A DNA stretch of 64,000 bases from Paludibacteraceae bacterium. Its GTDB lineage: Bacteria; Bacteroidota; Bacteroidia; Bacteroidales; Paludibacteraceae. The position numbers were made by a program, and so were the translations under genes. The notes under the pieces are model-generated. The model was not told where the DNA came from. It saw nothing but the letters and a program-made list of their open reading frames with translations, and did not search any database. The DNA is taken from the NCBI GenBank assembly GCA_045641145.1, contig JAZUGJ010000073.1, forward strand, positions 12,846 through 76,845. Reading direction: 5' to 3'. This document shows positions 16,640 through 24,922 of this stretch, one piece after another (the first letter of the stretch is position 1; every line of letters begins with the position of its first letter).

Positions 16640-17038
16640 TCAGTTGAAGCAAGCGTTCCAGTATGCTTCGGACACGCTCCGTGCCACATACTGCCCGTTC
16701 GGCATCTTGACTACCACCTGCGGCATACGGTACTGGTGCAGATACTTCTCAATCTGCTCGGTGGTCAGACTTACGCACTCGCCGCTGTTGATGTCCGTAC
16801 CCACGATGAGGCAGTCACCATTGATGGTGTCGTAAGCCTCACCGTTGTGGGTGAGAACCACGCTGTACTTCTTGCCGTACAGCTTGCCCTCATCGTCACA
16901 GACGATGGCGGCGTTATCCTCGAACGGATACGCAAAGCTGATAAGCTCACAGGCGATGGCTTCCCGCATCTTGCGGTAGTCATCTTCGATGTCGATGACC
17001 ACGGCTGGCTTTCCCACTCTGATGTAAATAGCTTTCAT
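16640..17038 (-). CDS. DUF3846-like protein
   Basis: 132 aa. MKAIYIRVGKPAVVIDIED...IVCDDEGKLYG...INGDCLIVGTD...SL fits the DUF3846 pattern as recalled from memory. Confidence 0.55.
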   Translation of the reverse strand: MKAIYIRVGKPAVVIDIEDDYRKMREAIACELISFAYPFEDNAAIVCDDEGKLYGKKYSVVLTHNGEAYDTINGDCLIVGTDINSGECVSLTTEQIEKYLHQYRMPQVVVKMPNGQYVARSVSEAYWNACFN

Positions 17039-17327
17039 TTTGTCCTCCTATTTAAGCTGATGTATGGCTTGTCCTTACATTAAGCATTATACCAGTTCAT
17101 CTATGGTCTGTCAAGTACTTTTTGAAAGTTTTTAGATTTTTTTATTATTTGTATATCGGTTAGAATATTGTATCGGCAATCAGCCGCACAGGATGCCCGT
17201 GTGCCGCCGCAGAACGCTCTGTGAGGGCTTTGACGGCATTGGTAGTGTAGTTGTATACCCGTGGTTCAAAACGGTTCACAGGCAAAAGAAAAGCCCCGCC
17301 CCGTGTGGCGGGGCAGGGAGTGTGAGG

Positions 17328-17783
17328 TTATGCAGAAACGGAATAGCCGTCACAGTACTCGGCAACCGCTTCGGCAATCCAGCCGTGCCGAACGACAGCC
17401 AGTACGGGGGACATCGCCGGGTTGGTAGCGGCGTACTCCTCGACCTTGCGGCAGAAGAGACTCCAGTCGGAGCGGACGACTTCGGAGAAGTCATCCTCTG
17501 CGTTGTTCTGGGAGTACCGCTCGTACCCATACTCGGTGTACAGCAGGTTGTCACCGTACAGGTGAGAAATTTCCGCACAGGTGGATGCGTAGCCGTGAGC
17601 GTCCATTGCCTCTCTCATATCCTCTTCGTTGAGGATATCATAGGCTTCGATGTGGTACATCTTGCGCAGGAAGTTGCACATGATGTTCTCGGAGCGCAGG
17701 TAGTCAGATGCACCACCCATCACGGTGAACAGGTCTTCGTAGTCGGCGGGGTTCATGTTGGGCAGATTGTAGATAGCGTTCAT
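17328..17783 (-). CDS. uncharacterized early protein, paralog family 1, copy D
   Basis: 151 aa: MNAIYNLPNMNPADYEDL...CNFLRKMYHIEAYDI...AMDAHGYASTC...DWSLF...WIAEAVAEYC. Clearly paralogous to 2435-2905. Confidence 0.6.
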   Translation of the reverse strand: MNAIYNLPNMNPADYEDLFTVMGGASDYLRSENIMCNFLRKMYHIEAYDILNEEDMREAMDAHGYASTCAEISHLYGDNLLYTEYGYERYSQNNAEDDFSEVVRSDWSLFCRKVEEYAATNPAMSPVLAVVRHGWIAEAVAEYCDGYSVSA

Positions 17784-17798
17784 AAAAAAACCTCCGTT

Positions 17799-17830
17799 AT
17801 TTTAATCCACGCACCCCGTGCGGGTGCGAC
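17799..17830 (-). repeat. solitary type I-C-like CRISPR repeat in the 5' UTR of gene 17783
   Basis: The minus strand reads GTCGCACCCGCACGGGGTGCGTGGATTAAAAT. It lies between promoter 17871-17899 and the RBS, and ends 15 nt before the ATG. Confidence 0.85.
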
Positions 17831-17870
17831 CGTTGAAGTATTATTGATGTCATCCGCTTGGGACAAGTAT

Positions 17871-17899
17871 ATAATACCACACGGTCAAGATAGTGTCAA
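17871..17899 (-). promoter_or_regulatory. sigma70-type promoter with extended -10
   Basis: Minus strand: TTGACA-17 nt-(TGG)TATTAT. A TTTTGCAATTTTGCAG motif sits just upstream at 17905-17920. Confidence 0.7.
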
Positions 17900-17938
17900 T
17901 AGTTTTTTGCAATTTTGCAGGGAATTTTTCGGGACAGT

Positions 17939-20146
17939 TCAGAGCATGGAAAGCCGTTTTGCGAGGTTGGTGTTTCGTTTCGATATGGTAACATTTCGGA
18001 CAGCTATGCTGACTGCTTTCTTATTACCCACGATAACGAGGTTCTTCTTTGCTCTTGTGATACCAGTATAGATAAGGTTGCGCTGTAGCATCACGAAGTG
18101 GGACGGCATAAGCGGCATGACCACGACAGGGTATTCAGAACCTTGTGACTTGTGGATAGTAGTGGCATAGGAAAGAACAATCTCGTCCAGTTCATTCATA
18201 TCGTACTGTACAATGCCGATATCAAACCAGATGCCGATGCCGACTATCTTTCCATCCTCATCCCGCTCACAGGTCTTAATCATTCCTATGTCGCCGTTAA
18301 AAACACCCTTGTTATAGTTGTTCCGTATCTGCATCACCTTATCAAACATACGGAATGTTCTGGTAGGGGATTTGTATACGATAGGGTTCTTGTTCAGAGC
18401 TTCCTGCAACATGGAGTTCAGCACGATTGTACCTACATCGCCGTTCCGCATCGGAGAAAGCACCTGTACCTGTAACGGGTTCACACCGCACAGGCTCGGC
18501 AGGATGTCGGAAACAAGGTTTACCACATCCTGTGCCGCCTGTTGTGCATCATCCTGCCGTACCATGACGAAATCGGACTCGTCAAAGGAAATGTCGCCGA
18601 CCGTCTGTATCGGGCAATCTGGCATTTTACCTTTATTCACCAGATGGGCATTGGTGACGATTTTGCTTGTCTGTGCCTGTCGGAAAATCTTTGTGAGAGC
18701 AACAACGCAGAACTCACGGCTGTCGATGATGTCACGGAGAACATTACCCGCACCGACAGACGGCAACTGGTCTATATCGCCGACAAGGATAATCTTCATG
18801 TGGTCTGGGATAGCTTTCAGCAGAGAATACATCAGACGGCAGTCAATCATAGAGGACTCATCGACTATGATAGCATCGCCCTCAAGAGGATTATGCTCAT
18901 TGCGGAGAAAGCCCTCTTTCGGATTGAACTCAAGAAGCCGATGTATCGTCTTTGCCTCTTTGCCCGTGGACTCCGTCATCCGCTTTGCGGCTCTGCCTGT
19001 CGGAGCGGCGAGGAGAACCCGCTTCCGCAGTTTGTCCGCCAGTATCTTGATAATGCCGTTCGTAGTGGTCGTCTTACCTGTACCCGGCCCGCCAGTCAGA
19101 ACCATGACCTTTTGATTGACACCGTCCTGTATTGCTTTCCTCTGCATTTCGTCATACTGCATCTTCGTTTCCTGTTCAAGTATCTCGAAGTCTACAGTAT
19201 GCTTGATGCTACCCTCGGAACTGTCGGCTATGTGCTTCAGCAAGCGGGCTATTCCGTTCTCGGCGGTGAACATATTCGGCTGGTACACGCATCCCAGATT
19301 AAGAACAAGCTCTTGAGCGTTAATCATGTGATTGATTATATCCAGAACTCTGTTCTCTGGCACACCGAGGATTTCGCAAGCCTTTTCCGTAAGGTCTTTC
19401 GGATAAGCGCAGACATTGCCAGCAGACTCCAATTCCTTGAGTGCGTACATGATACCGCTACTCACACGCATCTCGCTATCACGCTCGATACCGATGCTCA
19501 TAGCAATCCTGTCTGCAGTCTTGAAACCGACACCCCACAGGGCATCAGAAAGACGGTACGGGTTCTCACGAAGTCGCTCCACGGACTTATCCCCGTATAT
19601 CTTGAAAATCTTGACTGCAAGATTGGTGGATACGCCGTTCTGTTGCAGGAACATCATAACATCCTTGATGCCCTTTTGCTGTTCCCAGCTTTCCTTGATG
19701 TCAGCCAGCTTTTTCTTGCCGATACCCTTGATGGTCAGCAATTCATCTGGGAAGTTCTCGATAACATCTATCGACCTCGCTCCGAATTTGGCAACGATTA
19801 TCTTCGCCGTGGACTTACCGATACCCTTGAACAAGCCACTGCACAGATATGCTTCGACACCCTCTTTTGTGTCGGGAATAATCTCGTGCCAATGGCTGAC
19901 GGTGAAGTTCTTGCCGTACTTCTTGTGTTCTGTCCACTTGCCTTTTGCTTTGATTGTCATTCCTGCCTTAACACCCAGAAGAGTGCCAACGATAGTCACA
20001 GGGGTGTTCCCGCTTACCTCGTTCGTGCGGATAACACAGAACCCGTTTTCATCGTTCTGGTATGTTATCAGATTGGCTTTGAGTTGTAACTCGTCCTTTG
20101 CGGTAACACCGAAAAGCGACTGTTGGTTCGCAAGTGCAAACGCCAT
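17939..20146 (-). CDS. recD2: RecD2-type SF1 DNA helicase
   Basis: 735 aa with GGPGTGKTT (Walker A), IIVDESSMID, LVGDIDQLPSVGAGNVL, TIHKSQGSEYPVVV and TGITRAKKNLVIVG, plus an N-terminal HhH-like region. Confidence 0.9.
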   Translation of the reverse strand: MAFALANQQSLFGVTAKDELQLKANLITYQNDENGFCVIRTNEVSGNTPVTIVGTLLGVKAGMTIKAKGKWTEHKKYGKNFTVSHWHEIIPDTKEGVEAYLCSGLFKGIGKSTAKIIVAKFGARSIDVIENFPDELLTIKGIGKKKLADIKESWEQQKGIKDVMMFLQQNGVSTNLAVKIFKIYGDKSVERLRENPYRLSDALWGVGFKTADRIAMSIGIERDSEMRVSSGIMYALKELESAGNVCAYPKDLTEKACEILGVPENRVLDIINHMINAQELVLNLGCVYQPNMFTAENGIARLLKHIADSSEGSIKHTVDFEILEQETKMQYDEMQRKAIQDGVNQKVMVLTGGPGTGKTTTTNGIIKILADKLRKRVLLAAPTGRAAKRMTESTGKEAKTIHRLLEFNPKEGFLRNEHNPLEGDAIIVDESSMIDCRLMYSLLKAIPDHMKIILVGDIDQLPSVGAGNVLRDIIDSREFCVVALTKIFRQAQTSKIVTNAHLVNKGKMPDCPIQTVGDISFDESDFVMVRQDDAQQAAQDVVNLVSDILPSLCGVNPLQVQVLSPMRNGDVGTIVLNSMLQEALNKNPIVYKSPTRTFRMFDKVMQIRNNYNKGVFNGDIGMIKTCERDEDGKIVGIGIWFDIGIVQYDMNELDEIVLSYATTIHKSQGSEYPVVVMPLMPSHFVMLQRNLIYTGITRAKKNLVIVGNKKAVSIAVRNVTISKRNTNLAKRLSML

Positions 20147-20187
20147 ATCATTTCTCCTTTTCTGCGGCAGTCTATTTATTCTGTATA

Positions 20188-20216
20188 ATTATACCACCGT
20201 GTCAAGAAAAAGTCAA
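20188..20216 (-). promoter_or_regulatory. sigma70-type promoter with extended -10
   Basis: Minus strand: TTGACT-17 nt-(TGG)TATAAT, upstream of recD2. Confidence 0.6.
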
Positions 20217-20252
20217 GAAAAAATCAGGGAATGACCGTAGCCACTCCCTGAT
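20217..20252 (-). terminator. intrinsic terminator
   Basis: Minus strand: ATCAGGGA-loop-TCCCTGAT followed by TTTTTT, directly after the stop at 20262. Confidence 0.55.
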
Positions 20253-20261
20253 TATCAATCG

Positions 20262-20681
20262 TCATTTCTTGGTTTTTTCCATCGACACCAGCGGTTCTTC
20301 CGACATTTGGGCAAATACCGTTTCGTGGTAAGTGCCGTCTTCGTCATTGTCGGAGAACACACGGGAAATGATTGTTCTCCACATATCATACGCCACCCTG
20401 CTTTCCTCTGTCCATCCCGCTACATGAAAGCCTTTGGATACACCGTCATCGGTGGCAATCTTATATGCGGCATCGAAAACAAGTTTCGCATGGGTGCGCC
20501 GTGTGATGAAGTCGTTAAACTCTTTTTTCTGGGCAGGATTCTTGCTCGACAAGTCCACACCGATTGTAGCAATATCATTAGCAAGGTCATGGAACTGCCC
20601 CATCCGCACACGGTAGTATTCCTCAAGTGCGGCGACAAGCACTTTTGTCTGCCTGTCGGTAAGCTCCACCCTGTAGCCCAT
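20262..20681 (-). CDS. hypothetical protein
   Basis: 139-aa ORF sharing 1 nt with the stop codon of the upstream HU gene. Confidence 0.5.
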   Translation of the reverse strand: MGYRVELTDRQTKVLVAALEEYYRVRMGQFHDLANDIATIGVDLSSKNPAQKKEFNDFITRRTHAKLVFDAAYKIATDDGVSKGFHVAGWTEESRVAYDMWRTIISRVFSDNDEDGTYHETVFAQMSEEPLVSMEKTKK

Positions 20682-20950
20682 TACATCATCGACTCTTTCA
20701 GATGCTTACCAGCCTTAAAGGTAGGAACACGCTTGGACGGGATAATCATCTCCTCGCCAGTCTGGGGGTTGCGTGCGGTACGCTGATTGCGGACGGAAGA
20801 GCCGAAAGTGCCGAAGCCGACAAAGGTGATAGGCTCGGTCTTGATGGTATTGGTAATGACATCAAAGACCTTGTTCACGATGGTCTCAACATCTTTCTGT
20901 GAGAACTCTGTACCCTCGGCAACTGCCTTGACAAAATCTGCTTTATTCAT
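20681..20950 (-). CDS. hup: HU/IHF-family DNA-binding protein
   Basis: Start at ATG 20950 after AAAGGAG. Contains FVGFGTFGSSVRNQRTARNPQTGEEMIIPSKRVPTFKAGK. Confidence 0.85.
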   Translation of the reverse strand: MNKADFVKAVAEGTEFSQKDVETIVNKVFDVITNTIKTEPITFVGFGTFGSSVRNQRTARNPQTGEEMIIPSKRVPTFKAGKHLKESMM

Positions 20951-20970
20951 AGTGTTACTCCTTTGTTGGC

Positions 20971-21477
20971 TCAAAACTTGAGCTTTTTACTGTAGTCAAT
21001 ATACCACTTTGACTTTTCAATGTCTTCTTCTGCATCGCCCTTTTTCCCTGTTCTCCACAGGTACTTAAAGGTGTTAAGCTGACAGAAATGATACACCGCT
21101 TCATCCCCGAACAGTATCCGCATGGCTTCGATGCACTCGATGCCGCCTTGATAATGGGATGGATGGTTCACCGCATCGTTTTCCCGTGCGGAACTTTCGG
21201 GAGTTTCCACAGCAGTGGGCTTCTTCGTATCGTTCATAATTGTACCCGTTCCAAGATAGCTTTTAGGTTGCTTCGAGATGTCGTTGGAGCAGTTATCTCC
21301 GCAACGGAATGCACGAACTTTCTCATTCTCGACCCGTTCTTCAACCCAATGGATTTCGCTCGGACAATACTTGTAAAGATAAGTCGCCTTAACCTGTGCT
21401 TCATCTTCCGTTTCAGCCACGACATTCACCGTGCCACGCTCCGTCTTGATGATTGTGACCGTGTACTTGTTAAACAT
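20971..21477 (-). CDS. DUF3310-domain phage protein
   Basis: The C-terminal HPSHYQGGIECIEAM...NTFKYLWRTGKKG...DIEKSKWYI matches the DUF3310 pattern as recalled from memory. Confidence 0.6.
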   Translation of the reverse strand: MFNKYTVTIIKTERGTVNVVAETEDEAQVKATYLYKYCPSEIHWVEERVENEKVRAFRCGDNCSNDISKQPKSYLGTGTIMNDTKKPTAVETPESSARENDAVNHPSHYQGGIECIEAMRILFGDEAVYHFCQLNTFKYLWRTGKKGDAEEDIEKSKWYIDYSKKLKF

Positions 21478-21565
21478 CGCCGTTCTCCTTTCGTGTAGTA
21501 TCGTATGTATTACAAGTATACACTAAACAAATTATAAGTGTCAAGTAAAAAACAAATTTACTTCA

Positions 21566-21594
21566 TTGACCGTTGTTTCGGATAGTGTTATAGT
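21566..21594 (+). promoter_or_regulatory. sigma70-type promoter with extended -10
   Basis: TTGACC (21566-21571), 17 nt, TGTTATAGT (-10 at 21589-21594). Confidence 0.6.
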
Positions 21595-21620
21595 TTGAAA
21601 AAACAACAAGGGGGACAGCT

Positions 21621-21917
21621 ATGCTTTTATTCTCTACTGATAGCGGTATCGTATTTTCCGTTACACTTGCCAATGTTGATGGCGATTATATAAAGGATAA
21701 AGAAAAGGATAATTTCCCAGAAACAACAACCGCCTATAACAACGAGTGCTTCTCCGCAACCGACCAGATGATTGACGACCTTATCAGCCGCTGGGCAAAG
21801 AAGTGTTCCGACAAGAACAGCGACCTGCCAAAAGGTGCGGAACTGTCCTGCTCCGCTTATGTCCAAGCAGAGGGTATGGACGCTCCTGTCTGGGTAGTTG
21901 TTATGCCAACCGTATGA
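21621..21917 (+). CDS. hypothetical protein (plus-strand island)
   Basis: 98-aa ORF after a GGGGGA RBS. Confidence 0.5.
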   Translation: MLLFSTDSGIVFSVTLANVDGDYIKDKEKDNFPETTTAYNNECFSATDQMIDDLISRWAKKCSDKNSDLPKGAELSCSAYVQAEGMDAPVWVVVMPTV

Positions 21918-21927
21918 GGTGTTGATA

Positions 21928-22230
21928 ATGAATGTTCTGAACATCGAAACAAGCGAGATATTTACAGTCAACTTATTCGTCAAGGAAAAAGGCGTGCAAA
22001 AAGCCGTACCTGAAAGCACCCTTTCCGCTATGGTATCCAAATGGCTGAACCAATGGGAGCGGGACGACAAGTACGGCTTCTATAAAACTTTCTGTGACGG
22101 GTTCGACGACATGGTCTACTGGCTCGAAGTGAACGCCGCAAAGAAACTTGGCATCCAAGAAGATGACCTGCATATTCAATGCTACTGCGCCGCCTACTGG
22201 TCGCCTACCCGTGGCATATACAACTTATGA
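21928..22230 (+). CDS. hypothetical protein (plus-strand island)
   Basis: ATG 21928 after GAGGTG. Resembles the previous ORF in layout (....VNL/VTLANV..., SRWAKK/SKWLNQ). Its 3' end overlaps the nrdG 3' end by 6 nt. Confidence 0.5.
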   Translation: MNVLNIETSEIFTVNLFVKEKGVQKAVPESTLSAMVSKWLNQWERDDKYGFYKTFCDGFDDMVYWLEVNAAKKLGIQEDDLHIQCYCAAYWSPTRGIYNL

Positions 22231-22755
22231 TTGCGGCTTTGTGAACTTGGACAGACCGTCATCTTCTTCTTTCCAGAGGATTACCCTGCCAGCATCCAAA
22301 GACTTCTGGACATCAATAAGCCTTTGATTGGAACTGCCCCTAAAGTGCAACTCATAGGATTTTAAGTGTTCCACAAACCGCCCGTCCACAAGCACATCTA
22401 TTGCTCGCAGAAACGCTTTCCATTCTGGGTTATACTCATTCATAATCTCGTCCCATGTGTATCCTGTGTACACCCAGACGGTCTTGCCCTTGTTCTTACA
22501 GGCTCTTGCAAATTTGGCACAATCTACCGCTTGCAGAAAAGGCTCGCCGCCAGAAATGGTAACGCCGTCAAGAAGTGGGTTCAAAGCCATCTTTTCCACA
22601 AGGTCATACGGATTGACTTCCCGACCATCAAGCGTGTTGTGCGTTTCGGGATTATGGCATCCCTTGCAATGGTGGTGGCATCCCTGTACAAAGACCACAT
22701 ACCGCAGTCCGTACCCATCGACAATACTGTCGTTTACCGTGTTAGCTATACGCAT
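22225..22755 (-). CDS. nrdG: anaerobic ribonucleotide reductase activating protein (radical SAM)
   Basis: 176 aa with DSIVDGYGLRYVVFVQGCHHHCKGCHNPETH and TISGGEPF. Confidence 0.9.
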   Translation of the reverse strand: MRIANTVNDSIVDGYGLRYVVFVQGCHHHCKGCHNPETHNTLDGREVNPYDLVEKMALNPLLDGVTISGGEPFLQAVDCAKFARACKNKGKTVWVYTGYTWDEIMNEYNPEWKAFLRAIDVLVDGRFVEHLKSYELHFRGSSNQRLIDVQKSLDAGRVILWKEEDDGLSKFTKPQS

Positions 22756-22788
22756 ATTATCAATCTCCTGTTCTATCCCCGTTCTCGT

Positions 22789-22821
22789 GTTTTAATCCAC
22801 ACACCCCGCACGAGGTGTGAC
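22789..22821 (-). repeat. solitary type I-C-like CRISPR repeat upstream of nrdG
   Basis: The minus strand reads GTCACACCTCGTGCGGGGTGTGTGGATTAAAAC. Ends 33 nt before the nrdG ATG, with the RBS AGGAG in between. Confidence 0.85.
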
Positions 22822-22826
22822 GCTAT

Positions 22827-22865
22827 CTAAAAAGAAAACGCTGTAGCATAGCAACTACAGCGTTT
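22827..22865 (-). terminator. intrinsic terminator between two repeats
   Basis: Minus strand: AAACGCTGTAG-8 nt loop-CTACAGCGTTT followed by TCTTTTT. Confidence 0.6.
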
Positions 22866-22901
22866 CTCCTCGTCCGCCAAAGACATTTTATCCGCATACC
22901 T

Positions 22902-22933
22902 GTTTTAATCCACGCACCCCGTTGGGGTGTGAC
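22902..22933 (-). repeat. solitary type I-C-like CRISPR repeat
   Basis: The minus strand reads GTCACACCCCAACGGGGTGCGTGGATTAAAAC. It is followed by about 35 nt and then the terminator at 22827-22865. Confidence 0.85.
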
Positions 22934-23025
22934 GACAAGGTATGCACCGTCCCACCTGCATGAAACGGCATCCCACATCCAAGAAAGAATATAACACATT
23001 CCAGACGACTTGTCAACGCCCTTTT

Positions 23026-23271
23026 TCAACTTCTTCGTGCATCCACGCTGATGCGGCTCAGACGGCGAAGTTTCTTCAAGAACTCCTCGTATACCTTGTC
23101 CGCTTCTTCTTCTGTCCTCGCATCATTTGCATCGCACATGGAAATCCACGCTTCTGCGGTAAGATACCTCGCATCATCATAGATTGCTCTTATCGTATCG
23201 TAAGTCATGGTGTCATCGGTACTCTCTGGTGTTGTATCGACCAGCTTACCGTCTTTGCTCATCACCACCAT
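23026..23271 (-). CDS. hypothetical protein
   Basis: Start is ATG 23271 or 23262, at the upstream stop. Confidence 0.45.
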   Translation of the reverse strand: MVVMSKDGKLVDTTPESTDDTMTYDTIRAIYDDARYLTAEAWISMCDANDARTEEEADKVYEEFLKKLRRLSRISVDARRS

Positions 23272-23687
23272 CGTATCACCCACCTGTTCTTCACGGATTC
23301 GTCTACCAATTTTTGGAAATGAGCGAAGCAGAAACAATCGCCCTGCCCGATATACCCGTACTTGCCATACAACCGCAAGTCCTTTATGAGGTTTCGGATG
23401 CGGCGGCACATCGGCACAGGTATTTTGCCCTCGGTATCTGGCATGAACAGAAACTCGATAACAGGAGCATCGTTCTCGGTCAGAACGCCATTTTCAAACA
23501 TCTTCGACAGGCGGTCGTTTCCCTCGGTGTCGGATATCGGCGAAACAAGCGATGTCCACTCCTCGTAAAGAATGCCAAACTCTTTGTTTATCAGATAGGC
23601 AATATCCCGCCGAAGCCGATAGAAACCGCTGTAACTCAAATCGTATGAGTGCTGTTTGTTTCTGATGGTTATCCCAATTTTACTCAC
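23262..23687 (-). CDS. hypothetical protein
   Basis: 141-aa ORF. Confidence 0.5.
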   Translation of the reverse strand: MSKIGITIRNKQHSYDLSYSGFYRLRRDIAYLINKEFGILYEEWTSLVSPISDTEGNDRLSKMFENGVLTENDAPVIEFLFMPDTEGKIPVPMCRRIRNLIKDLRLYGKYGYIGQGDCFCFAHFQKLVDESVKNRWVIRWW

Positions 23688-23871
23688 ATCCCCTTAACTC
23701 TTTTCCGCACATTGGGCAGAAGTTTATTCGCACACCTATGCCGTTTCTGCCGCTTCCGTGAATGTCATACCCGTATGCAAACAAGGTGTTTGGAAAACTC
23801 AATGCAATTCCTTTATCGTTTGTTTCTCCAATTACTAATGCTTTTGCTTTGTCACAATATTCGCACATCAT
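23680..23871 (-). CDS. small zinc-ribbon protein
   Basis: 63 aa with CEYC ... CPMC pairs. Confidence 0.45.
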   Translation of the reverse strand: MMCEYCDKAKALVIGETNDKGIALSFPNTLFAYGYDIHGSGRNGIGVRINFCPMCGKELRGCE

Positions 23872-23916
23872 TTCTTCTCATTTCCTTTCTTATTTTTTGG
23901 AGTCTCGGTTTTGTTT

Positions 23917-24108
23917 TCAAATTGTTGAGATTTTATTTGTGTGGTATCTGTTCCAGTCTTTAATTGCAACTTCAAAGCCATGCACTTCGTGAGTTGATGA
24001 ACCTCTCCCGCAAATAGGGCAGGTGAAGCTGATATACTTTTTCTGATAAAGAATATCTGGAAACACACCGCAGGTTTTGCATTTCTCTAATCCCTCAATA
24101 TCGAACAT
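23917..24108 (-). CDS. Lar-like restriction-alleviation family protein (putative)
   Basis: Start at ATG 24108. LEKCKTCG...FTCPICG...FEVAIKDWNRY matches the CxxCG...CxxCG...Ai..WN pattern of Lar-type proteins. Confidence 0.5.
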   Translation of the reverse strand: MFDIEGLEKCKTCGVFPDILYQKKYISFTCPICGRGSSTHEVHGFEVAIKDWNRYHTNKISTI

Positions 24109-24222
24109 AAAGCACCTTTTTTCAGATTGTTGATACATCGTAATCACAGCCGAAATATGTGCCACCGTCATCTCTGAATTTCACTGCAACCTGTGCATCC
24201 TGTGGCATCTTTTTCAGTTCAC

Positions 24223-24252
24223 TTTTTAATCCACTCCTGCATAAAGCGTGAC
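24223..24252 (-). repeat. decayed repeat remnant
   Basis: The minus strand reads GTCACGCTTTATGCAGGAGTGGATTAAAAA. The ends are conserved (GTCAC...GTGGATTAAAA) but the stem is lost. Confidence 0.3.
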
Positions 24253-24409
24253 CAGTTGTCTACATTTTGCGGACAACTGGTTGTTTTTTCAAAAATTGGA
24301 TAATTGGATTCTTAAAATAGTGTTTTACCTCTCGGCTTTTAACCCCAAAACTAACCGCCCCTATTACGGGACAGTAGGTGAGTCGAACACCTGTCTCTAT
24401 TTTTTAATC

Positions 24410-24775
24410 CTTTTAATTCACGCACCCACATGGGGGGACGCAAGAAGACCGCAACAGTCTTGCGACTACATTACTTTTAATCCACGCACCCCATACAGGG
24501 TGTGACCCACGATTCCGGGCGCAGAGGTTGCATTGGCGTTGATTTTTTAATCCACACACCCAGCACGGAGTGTGACTAAAGGACGTGTAACGGCTAATGT
24601 CTGCCGCCATTTTAATCCACACACCCCATGTGGGGTGTGACTTTGTTTCTGGCCGACCACCACACGGTTTCCCGATATTTTAATCCACGCACCCCACGCA
24701 GGGTGCGACTATCGGACGCACCTACTACCCAACCAAGACGAGGTTTTAATCCACACATCCCGTGTGGGATGCGAC
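24410..24775 (-). CRISPR. CRISPR array with type I-C-like repeats: 6 repeats, 5 spacers
   Basis: Repeats lie at 24743-24775, 24677-24709, 24609-24641, 24544-24576, 24474-24506 and 24410-24442, the last being degenerate. Spacers are 33, 35, 32, 37 and 31 nt. The minus-strand repeat reads GTCGCAYCCC..GGG.TG.GTGGATTAAAAY. The degenerate repeat is distal to the cas8c-like gene. Confidence 0.9.
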
Positions 24776-24922
24776 AGCAAACATCAACAAAGCGGGTAGC
24801 ATTGTTTCCCTGTGATTACTGCATGATGCACAGATTTTGCCGAGGGAACGGTCACAATTTACGGTTTCTGTGCGAGAACCGCCGAAAGGTGTAATTTTTC
24901 TTGTGCGAACCTACTGGAGTTT

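Noticed and set aside
16586-18071. Plus-strand ORFs 16586-17083 and 17193-18071.
   Set aside because: Both are antisense to well-supported minus-strand genes (the DUF3846-like gene, paralog family 1 copy D and the recD2 3' end). Their translations are Gly/Val/Arg-rich shadows.
18542-20089. 515-aa plus-strand ORF, together with 18318-19115 and 19416-20234.
   Set aside because: These are antisense shadows of the well-supported RecD2 helicase gene, and their translations are low-complexity.
24248-24894. ORF-track entries 24248-24505(+), 24413-24622(-) and 24628-24894(+).
   Set aside because: They run through the CRISPR repeats, spacers and leader. The periodic repeat structure explains the open frames, and none has an RBS.
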